Source of the DNA: Thozetella sp. PMI_491
Lineage: Eukaryota
Direction: 5' to 3'
Assembly (NCBI GenBank): GCA_021432635.1
Contig: MU270019.1
Span: forward strand, 1,113,672-1,177,671
DNA length: 64,000 nt
Below the pieces are notes generated by a model that saw only the letters and a program-made list of their open reading frames with translations, had not been told where the DNA came from and ran no database searches. Position numbers and translations under genes: made by a program. Positions 1 through 9,085 of this stretch are shown here, in pieces; position 1 is the first letter of the stretch; every line of letters begins with the position of its first letter.

Positions 1-1996
1 GCGCCGAAGATACGAACGCCTTGATTGTTCGCTCAACCTCATCGATGATGGGTTTTACCAAGGCAGAGGATGTGAAGAAGCGCTTGAGTGCGGTTAGGCA
101 CAGGTCGGCGCGGCTTGTGGCATACTCGGGTGTGGGCCGCTCCTGGCCCTTCCCGAACCGCGATATGAAGAGAATGAGCCGGCATGCCTGGTAGGCACAG
201 ATGGCGCTATCAAACTCGAGGCGTCTCGGCCGCGTGCACTGCTGGTTCAGACTGGTGAGGATGTTGATGATGGAGGAGGCGTGGCGTAGACACTGCGTCT
301 CCGCGTTGAGGAGGTATTCAGCGGTCAAGCCGGCGAGCACGGGCTGGGGCGCCGCCTCTTGAAAGCCGGGAAGAAGGAGGCGGTATATGTCGCAGTGCGC
401 TTCATGCCAGGATAGGTGCATGAACACATGCCGAGAAATCCAAGCGCTGTCGAGGGTGGCCCCGATCTCGGCAAAGGAGAAGTCGGTTCCGCTGGGCATC
501 ATAGCTCCGATGCTTGCCAGCTTGCTTTCGAACTCGTGGATCAGGCCCGTGAGCTCTGGAAGCGGCTTATCACAGAGGGAAATACCGCGGTTCAGCTTCA
601 TGACGTCCCGGCGCATGTTTTCTAGACCGATGCAGAGCTTGTACGCGCCACCGTCGCCCGGCGGCTCGGTGCCAAAGTCGCTCTCGCTGCAGGGCAGCTG
701 CAGGTAGATGACTTCGAACGGGCAGAGCTCGAACTCGGGGAGACCGATGGAGAAAGACCGTTCTAGCAGCTTGAGACCCCACATGATCCGCCGTCGTACC
801 TCCTGAGTGACCGAGCTCAGGTCTCGATGCTCATGGTTCAGCCGCATCGCAACGGCGAAACGGGCGGCGAGGGAGGCGAGCATGAACGCACGTTGGAAGC
901 GTCCGGTCTCCATGCGGTGATTTATGACTAGCAAGAGGGCCTGCAGGCGCGATATAGTAGGGGTTTCGAGGTGTTGCCAGAGGATGGCCTCGGCCGCCTC
1001 TATCCACGACGTCCCACGACAGGCACAGAAACTCCCCGGTATATGGGGCGTCTGTGGGTCTGAGTATAAAATGACGAGGCCGCAGATGGCGAACTTGAGC
1101 GAGTCGTCTAACTTTCCAGCGGCCCATCTGGCCCGCGTTGTTGCAGGATGGAGAAACGAATAAGATGGGAGAGGGTAGGCCTGCTGGAAGAACGCATCTA
1201 CGCTCTGAAGGCTAGATGAGCGGCTGGATTCCGCGCTGTCCTTGGTAGAGCCGTTGGTTCCGGTATCTTGACGTAGCGCCGACGGATAACATATGCAATT
1301 CGCACTGGTAATAGGCCTGCCTTCACGTCTACTCGGTTGAGAGGCAAGTGTTGTCAGAAGAGCCGGCGCTGGAGCGAGTCCGCCATGGGGCAGACTATCC
1401 CCCCTACCCCTATCTGTCTGAGGAGAATAGCTGGAGCGGTCTGTCTCCTCGCTCTGATGCTGCTCGATAGCAGTGTCTTCCTCAGACGGCGCCACACGAG
1501 GGGACCGAACCTGTCGCTTGGCGGCTGGGTAGATGCACGATATACTCCGGCGCTTGCAGCTCGTACATTGAGGCAGCTGGCCGGAGCACTTGATCTTTTG
1601 GTCACGGCAGTGCCTGCAAGCGATGCCGGTACGCCGCCGCGGTAGGGAGAGGGGCGTGTCGAAGTCGACGGTGCCCCCGGCCTCGCCGGGCTGCGAGAAA
1701 GAGCAGACGTAGCCGAGGCGGTCGCAGTGACCGCAGACGCTGTGTTGTCCGTCACAGCGGACCTGAACGACCGGACGATCGGTTAGTCAGTATAGGGGTT
1801 CATCACCAGTAACATGAAGCGAGAAGGCTCGATTACACAGTGTGCCTAGGCACACAGCGAGCAGGCCTAGACCCTTGAAGTTGGGGGGTCTTTAGGCGGG
1901 AGATTGGGGGGTTGTTACCTTCCGCTGCCGACATTGCTTGCATGTCTGCTTCCCAGTGTGCCCCGCAACGCGAAAGGAGCCTGTGTAGGGTTCCAT
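1..1996 (-). CDS. Fungal transcription factor with two tandem Zn2Cys6 clusters and a Fungal_trans-like middle region; 3' end runs off the window
   Basis: ATG at 1996. Exon 1 (1996-1919) reads MEPYTGSFRVAGHTGKQTCKQCRQRK. Intron 1918-1763 has GTAACA, CTAAC and CAG. Exon 2 continues VRCDGQHSVCGHCDRLGYVC...CRHCRDQKIKCSGQLPQCTSCKRRSISC and stays open to base 1, with FFQQAYPLPSYSFLHP, LQALLL and EVRRRIMW. Not in the ORF track because no stop lies in the window. A further in-frame intron near 1200-1330 is possible. Confidence 0.9.
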
Positions 1997-2711
1997 AGCG
2001 GAGGGAGATCGACCATCCGCCCCCTTTGTAGTAGTCAGGAGCCGTAGGGACCTTAAAGGCCCTTGGGAAGGTTGCGGTGGCTGCAGCGTAGGAACGCACA
2101 ACCAACCCTAACCCTTAGTTCATTTGGGGCTACTCTGCTATGCCGCCCCAGGTGCAATCCCCTTTCTTTGTTGTCCTCGCAGGCACAGGTACAGGTACGG
2201 GAGGGGGGTGGTGGTTAGGAGCAAGCGAGAACGGGGAAAGAGGAAGCAGCCACAGCGGTCAGCCGACGGGTGTCGTGGGATTGCTTGAGAGCCGAGAGCC
2301 TCTGCTCCCATGCGGAGATAACTTCCCCACATTCCCTAGAGCCTAGGGTGACGTCTAAAGGAGCTCCAATCACGCAATGGGAATCCGGGGGACACCCCAA
2401 AATCGTGTGCCCCGAGCTAACTTGCTAACTTAGGCGGTGGGGCTTCGCATTTCGGGCAACCGCGACCTCCAACCTACGAAGTAGAACCCTTGCTCCTGGC
2501 TGGGTTGTTCCAACACAGCGTTAATTCAACACGAAATGCACCCATTGCACACACCGCACACGTTCTCTACGGAGCACCTCTCCACGACGGCCGCGAAACC
2601 TCATCGCGAGGGCCTATATCTAATCGCTGAGCCCTATCGCAGCCCTGTTGACGGTGGGAAACCGGACTGCTCTCTGCTGCCTTTTGTCACACAGACCAGC
2701 CTTGAAGAGAC

Positions 2712-4304
2712 TCATAGCCGAGACAATGGCCTGCCTTTTCTGGCGGCACCGCTCCTTCGGGCGGTCGCCTTATGCACCGGTTCGTCGCCAATCTCTGCCA
2801 TCTTCTCCTCCAGGAGCGCTGTCATGTCCCGCACGACATCCTGGTACCGAGGGTTGTGATACACATTGAACAGCTCCAATGGGTCCTCGTCGCAGTCGAA
2901 CAGCTCCCACTCCTTGTCTCTAAAGTCATCGGGCGGCCGCGCACCCTCAACCCCGAGGTCCTCGTTATACCAGTATATGAGCTTGTAGCGCTGGTTGCGC
3001 ACGCCATAGTGCGCCAGCGCGTGGTGGATCTCGTCGTTGTTCATCCAGTAGCGGTGGTACGCCACCTGCTGCCAGCCCGCAGGAGCCCGGCCCCGGCCCG
3101 CTAGGATCTCGCGGAAGGAGACGCCCTGCATGAACGAGGGGGTCCGCAGCCCGGCATAGTCAAGCCATGTGGGCGCGAAGTCGACGTTGCAGACGATGGC
3201 ATCTGTCACGGAGCCCGGCGCGATCTCGGGCGGGTAGCGGATTAGGAAGGGCATCTGGAAGCTCTCTTCGTACATGAAGCGCTTGTCGAACCAGCCGTGC
3301 TCCCCGAGGAAGAAGCCCTGGTCCGAGCTATAGATCAAGATGGTGTTCTCTGCCAGCCCATTGGCGTCCAGGTAGTCCAGCATCCGTCCGACGCTGTCGT
3401 CGATAGCCTGGATGGTCCGGAGATAGCGCTGCATGTACCGCTGGAACTTGAACTCCGCCAGCTCGGCGGGTGTCGCAAAGGTGAAATGCTGCCCATCCGA
3501 CTTGTCGATGAGCTTCATGCCGGTGACGTCGGCGGGGGCCGGGATCTTGCGGTGCAGGCTGGCGCCTTCCTGATGCACCCTCTCGCCCACCTCTTCGCCG
3601 CCTTCGGGCTGCACCAGTCCGAGGTCGCCATAGGTGATGTCCTCGGCCACGCGCATCTTGGCAAGCTTCGCAGCCTTTGCACGATTCTTGTAGTCGTCGT
3701 CAAAGGTCTCGGGTAGCCGCACCGGATCTGTATACAGGTGCTTGTGGCGAGGGTGGAACTCCCAGGACCGATGAGGAGCTTTGTGGTGGCACATCAGGAA
3801 GAAAGGCTTCTCCTGCGAGCGAACCGACTCGACCCAGGCCAGGCTCTTGTCAGTGATGATATCCGTCGCGTACCCACGCTCCACGTGCGTGCCAGAGGGT
3901 TCTATAAACTCGGGATCCCAGTATTCGCCCTGGCCGGGCAGAATGGACCAGTAGTCGAAGCCGGAAGGCTCGTGGGCCTGGCCTTCGCCGAGATGCCATT
4001 TCCCGATCATGGCCGTGGTGTATCCTCCGGTCCGCAGCGTCTTAGCCACGTTGGGCAGATGCTTGTTGATCTTGCTGTCAAGTGTCATTACTCCGTTGAC
4101 ATGGTTGTGCGTCCCCGTGAGGATGGCCGCCCGCGACGGCGTGCAGATTGAGTTGGTGACGTAGCAGTGATTGAACTTCATGCCCTCAGTCGCTAGGCGA
4201 TCAATGTTCGGGGTGCGGTTGATGCCTGCCCCATAGCACGAGATGGCCTTGGCGGCATGGTCGTCCGCCAAAATGAAGACGATATTGGGGCGGCTCTTCG
4301 ACAT
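2712..4304 (-). CDS. Formylglycine-dependent (family S1) sulfatase, GlcNAc-6-sulfatase-like; intronless, 530 aa, C-terminal SRL
   Basis: Motifs RPNIVFILADDH, CTPSRAAILTG (CxPxR), GKWHLG, HKAPHRSW, SSDQG and GWFDKRFMYEES. First ATG at 4304. No signal peptide. Confidence 0.95.
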   Translation of the reverse strand: MSKSRPNIVFILADDHAAKAISCYGAGINRTPNIDRLATEGMKFNHCYVTNSICTPSRAAILTGTHNHVNGVMTLDSKINKHLPNVAKTLRTGGYTTAMIGKWHLGEGQAHEPSGFDYWSILPGQGEYWDPEFIEPSGTHVERGYATDIITDKSLAWVESVRSQEKPFFLMCHHKAPHRSWEFHPRHKHLYTDPVRLPETFDDDYKNRAKAAKLAKMRVAEDITYGDLGLVQPEGGEEVGERVHQEGASLHRKIPAPADVTGMKLIDKSDGQHFTFATPAELAEFKFQRYMQRYLRTIQAIDDSVGRMLDYLDANGLAENTILIYSSDQGFFLGEHGWFDKRFMYEESFQMPFLIRYPPEIAPGSVTDAIVCNVDFAPTWLDYAGLRTPSFMQGVSFREILAGRGRAPAGWQQVAYHRYWMNNDEIHHALAHYGVRNQRYKLIYWYNEDLGVEGARPPDDFRDKEWELFDCDEDPLELFNVYHNPRYQDVVRDMTALLEEKMAEIGDEPVHKATARRSGAARKGRPLSRL

Positions 4305-5015
4305 GATAAAGTCCTTTACGAGCAAGATGCTTCGTCGCTCTTCACCAGTATCCTGCAAGTATAGGCCGGCAGAGAGAAACTAGCGAGTATTGTACAGGTC
4401 GGAGCGCGGAGCCGCTCTCGTCTAGCCCACCCCCTCCATTGCCGGCTCTGCCCCGACCGCCGGCGTTAGCCCTGCCTTTCAACCTCTGTCCTTCCGCCGT
4501 GCCTCCACTAAAGCGAGAAAGAACAACGATTTATAGCCCAGCAGCCCAGCTACAGGGTCCCCTCAAGCCACCGACGCGTGGTCGGCGGATTGGGGTAGAA
4601 CGACCGAAGGCGCTAGGGCCGTTGGCCCCTCGGAAGTCGGTTCGGCCCCCCGAAAATGGCGTCGGGGTACCGTCACGCCATCCGCTATCCACGCCGGGAC
4701 TCGGTATCGAGCACCAAAGTGGACGAATTCAAGTGCAGCCTCCCGTTGGTGCCGCTTGCGTGATCAAAGGTCCCCGCCCTGGTTGGTTCCTCCCCGGAGC
4801 TCCAGCAGGGGGTGTAAGTGATGATGATTGCTTCGGTCCTCCTGCCCGTGCAGCTTCCCTGTCACGTTCATTTACGAGGAAGCTCGTCACCCACCGACCG
4901 ATCGGCCGACCGCGTTATATAGGTCGATATCCCTGGGAGCCACGAAATCGTGCGAGAAATCCGCATCCTCTGCACGCATCTGGCTTGCATCTCGACGTAC
5001 TGGACGCAGAACAGC
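4305..5015. promoter_or_regulatory. Divergent promoter shared by the sulfatase and the sugar porter
   Basis: 711 bp head-to-head gap. TATA-like TTATATAG near 4915. CCGACCG at 4453, 4894 and 4906. CCGAC-N5-GTCGG at 4571-4585. Several SYGGRG (CreA-type) matches. Confidence 0.6.
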
Positions 5016-6915
5016 ATGGGGAAGCGCCTGGGCACGTTCCGAGCCACGTACCTGGCGGCGATCGCCTGTACGGGATCGTTTTTGTTCGCATATGACACGG
5101 GCATCATCGGTGGCATCCTGACGCTGCCGGCTTTCAAGACCGATTTCAACACGGCAGGCAATCCCAATGTGGCCTCAAACTCGACCAGTCTGCTCCAGGC
5201 CGGAGGTTCGTGCTCCTATCCCGTCCGCGATGAGGGCTACAATTAACACCTGGGGGGTCTACAGCGTTCTTTGCCTGCTTCTTCATCTGGCCGTTTACCG
5301 CCCGCTTCGGCCGCAGGTGGTCGATCGCGCTCGCCTCAACCATCTTCTGCATCGGGGCCGTCATCCAGACGGTCAACACGCACTCGCTCGGGGCCTTCTA
5401 CGCGGCCCGCGTCATCTCGGGCATCGGAGTCGGCATGGCCACCGTCATCATCCCCATGTACACGGCCGAGATGTCGCCCAAGCATATCCGGGGCAGCCTC
5501 GGCTCCCTGTTCCAGTTCTTCTTCACCCTCGGCGTCATGACGAGCTACTGGATCGACTACGGCGTCAGCATCCACGTCGCCGGCACCAACAGCGCCCAGT
5601 GGCAGATCCCGGTCGGCCTGCAGCTGCTGCCCGGCGGCATCCTCGGCCTCGGCATGCTGCTGACCCGCGAGAGCACCCGGTGGCTAGCGACCAAGGGGCG
5701 GAACGAGGAGGCCCAGGAGTCGCTGATCTGGGTGCGCGGCGGCGAGGACACGGTCGAGGTCCGCGAGGAGTGAGTTGATCCCCGAATCTGCATCTTGGCG
5801 GCAGACGATCGCTTCGTAGTCGATCTTCTATCTCAGCAGACAGCCGGCTAAACGCAAATTTACAGATTCGAGGAGATCCTGGCCAGCATCCGGGAAGAAG
5901 AACGAGTGACCGAGGGATACTCTTGGAAGGAACTGCTGCTTCCTGTAAACCGCCAGCGTGTAGCGTTGATCATTGCCTTGCAGATCGGTAAGAGGGCATA
6001 GAGGACAGGTTTAGAGATGTGTACTGACTCCGAGGTTGTAGGCGTTCAACTCACGGGAAATACCTCTCTGGCCTACTGTAAGAAGCACCCCAATCGTCTA
6101 TCCATCCTGCCCAATGCACAGCCTGCTGACTCGAGGACGATAGATGCCCCGCAAATCTTCACAGCCATCGGAGCAGGAAGCAACAACTTGTTCTTCACAG
6201 GATTCTTTGGCCTAGCCAAGGTCGTGGCCTGCGGCTTCTTCGTTCTCTTCCTGATCGAGCGCGTGGGCCGCCGCGGTTCGCTCATGGTCGGCGCCCTCCT
6301 GATGGGCACCTACATGCTGATCGTGGCCCTGCTGGTCAAGACACACCCTCCCGACCCCAAGGGCCCTATCACGAGCACCGCAGTGGCTGCTGTGACAATG
6401 GTCTATCTCGAAGCCAGTCAGTTCCCCAACACAGCATCTATGGCCCATCCCTCGTCTACTATGAAGCTTACATGTCTAAATAGTGTCCTACAATATCTCC
6501 TGGGGTCCTGTGCCGTGGCTGTATATGGCTGAGATCATGCCGTCGCGAATCCGCGAGGGTGCTGTGGCAATCGGCACGGCGACTCAGTGGCTCTTCAACT
6601 TCGTCTTCTCACAGGTCACCCCCATTGCGGTGACGAACCTGGGCTGGAAGACTTTCCTGATGTTTTGTATATTCAACTGGTCCCTCGTCGTCTTCGCCTT
6701 CCTGTTTGTCAAGGAGACGAAGGGCAAGTCACTAGAGGAGATGGAGGCTTGTAAGTGATACCCTCTCCTGCCGTGAGACTATTCCTAGCTGACCAGTGTA
6801 TATAGTGTTTGGAGCCGAGACGGCCATCGATATTGAGACGGCTCACCAAAGGGCGAAGGAGCAGATCCTGAGCCGAGAAACACAGCATGATGCGCGGGAG
6901 AAGGAAACCTCTTGA
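5016..6915 (+). CDS. MFS sugar porter family transporter (quinate permease-like), 7 exons
   Basis: Motifs FLFAYDTGIIGG, RFGRR, PMYTAEMSPKHIRG, QWQIPVGLQ, ESTRWL, ERVGRR, SWGPVPWLYMAEI and KETKGKSLEEM. In-frame introns at 5206-5264, 5770-5865, 5988-6041, 6078-6143, 6417-6483 and 6751-6805. Stop at 6913-6915. Confidence 0.93.
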
Positions 6916-8447
6916 GCGTGGAGTACATTATTTTTTTTCTTCGGAATATAATCCTACTTCCACCACTATAATTCCTGTCAAGTGTCTACGTGTATATTGT
7001 TCGGCTATCTGCTCCAATGCTTGCCCCCCTCGCTCGAGCTATGGCTTCAATACATACCAATGCAGCTCTGTATCGGAACACGTCGTGATGGATCGAAAAG
7101 TGACACGGAGACGAAAGGCTTAGTAGGAGGAACAACAGAGCACCTGTCAAAGCACTGCAGACAGACGTCACACCTAGACAGCCGGTATATGGATAGCAAT
7201 GGATCCGGGGAACCCTGCGCTGCGGCCCTGTCTGGGCTGTCGAAACTATTCAGAAGTGCGCCTAGCGTAAATACCACCCCCCAAAGATCTCCAGCACTGC
7301 AATCCCGGAACGTTCGAGAGCCGCAGCTTCCATGCCGCCGAAGCTGGTGGCCTCTCCTGCAGGCGCGCCTCGATTCGGCCACATCGGACGCGGGCACCGG
7401 ACGCACCGGCAGCGCCGTGCGGTGCCCAGAAGCACATCGCGGCATAGATGCCATGATATAACGCTTCTAGACGCCCGCGCATGGTGGGCGAGCGACAGAT
7501 CATGGAACCTCGGTGAACACCCTAGGCCCTTGGGCCCCTGTCTGCCGGGCGCCTCCGATCAGGTCCACAGGCCTGATTTGATCGGCTGCACCCTGAGCCG
7601 ACAGGAGCTGAGGGGAGGGGAGGGGCAACCTGGGGGGCGCGACTGGTGGCCCAGCCCGGGCTCCAGCACACGTCCGTGCTGCCAACCCAGTCGCCCAGGC
7701 GAGCCATGGTTCGCTTGGCTAGGCGTTTGCTAAGATCTTCTCGCTGTGAGGCTCGCGTGAGCGGCGAGCCGGAGATGGCCTCGGGGAACCTGGGTCGACC
7801 AGCCTGCGCATCCGTTTCCAGAGACGGAGGGGGCGGGGACGGGGGTGCATGATGATGCGAGGTCCGCCGCGCTCGCCTCTGGAACCGACGCGACTTGGGG
7901 ATGGGGGATGAGATTACTACTAGGCGATTGCAACGCCCTCGTGGTGCCTACTCTCTCCCTGATACGGGCACAGATCTCAGCGTGCTTGTCAGGTGCATCC
8001 GATGCCTGCCTCCGCTTGTTTATGCCCCGTCCGGGGAGTAGCAATCGATGCGACTCATGACGCGGCGATGCGGGGCGGGGAGGAACGCTCGCAGGGCCGC
8101 CGGACCCGGCGTGCAGGCACAGTTGAAAACGTGCACGGGCTGGTGCAGCCGCCGCCAAAAGGGCATTTCAAGATACGCAGAGAGATAGCAGACACGGACG
8201 GGGAGGGGGATCATAGCAGATAGCAAACTAAACGGGGGAATCGAAACGAGAGTGACGTGCCCCGAATTGCTTTTCGTGTGGATCTGTAGAACGGGCGATC
8301 CTGAGCGATAACAGACGAAACCGCCACGGGCACCGCAGAGGGGAGGGAGGGATAGCATTGCCTTCCATATTGAGGCCGACGAAGCGTATCAAGTTCAGAT
8401 GATAATCGCCCTTCCCGCCTGTCTATCTCGGAGGTTATTTTGGCAGT

Positions 8448-8474
8448 CGAGACAGGCGAGACAGGCGAGACAGA
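8448..8474. repeat. Tandem 9-bp repeat (CGAGACAGG) x3
   Basis: cgagacagg cgagacagg cgagacaga. Confidence 0.8.
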
Positions 8475-8956
8475 CGTGCCTCGAGGGGAGGACGCTGCAG
8501 GGCGGACGAGAAGGGGATGGCCTTGCCACCCTGTCCTCTGTCGGAGAATTGTGCTCGTGTATCAGCGGTATCAGAGGAGAGAATAGATGGTGGGGAGAGA
8601 GTCGACTGCCGGACCCTTGGCGGCGAGAGATGGCCACATCCTAGGAGAGGCGTCCGAGGTTGGCATCGCGCGTCGCCGTCCGCCCTGCTCGGCGCCGCCC
8701 TCCGACTCCATCGCACGCGAGACTCACCGCCTCGTATCCTGTGGGCTCGAGAACACCAGAAAAAAAGTCCATCCCCAGGTCAGACGAACTTGTGCAATAC
8801 TTGTTAGAGAGGGAGGGGTTCGACTGGCATCTGGGCTGATTCATGCCTGAAGGTGCCGCGATGGTCATGGTGTGCCCACTGAAACCGTGTCAGTTCCAAA
8901 CGGTAACGATGCGTGTTTGAGGATGGAAGATCGGAGGAGTGGGGCCTTGGTTGCGG

Positions 8957-9085
8957 TATGTATGTATGTACGGATGCTGTATCTCCTGAGAACCCACTGA
9001 ACCCACAGAACCCACAGCGCCCACATAATCCGCAGAACCCACCGCACCACGGGACCCCGCACCCTAACCAGCGCCCTAACCACCG
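8957..9085. repeat. (TATG)n microsatellite followed by a degenerate 9-bp-period minisatellite (GAACCCACA-like)
   Basis: gaacccact gaacccaca gaacccaca gcgcccaca taatccgca gaacccacc..., ending with two CCCTAACC units. Confidence 0.65.

Noticed and set aside
4672..4681. CYS-3/MetR-type sulfur-regulon sites upstream of the sulfatase, and near 59690 upstream of the monooxygenase
   Set aside because: Only partial matches to ATGRYRYCAT, which is not enough to claim shared sulfur regulation of two genes 55 kb apart.
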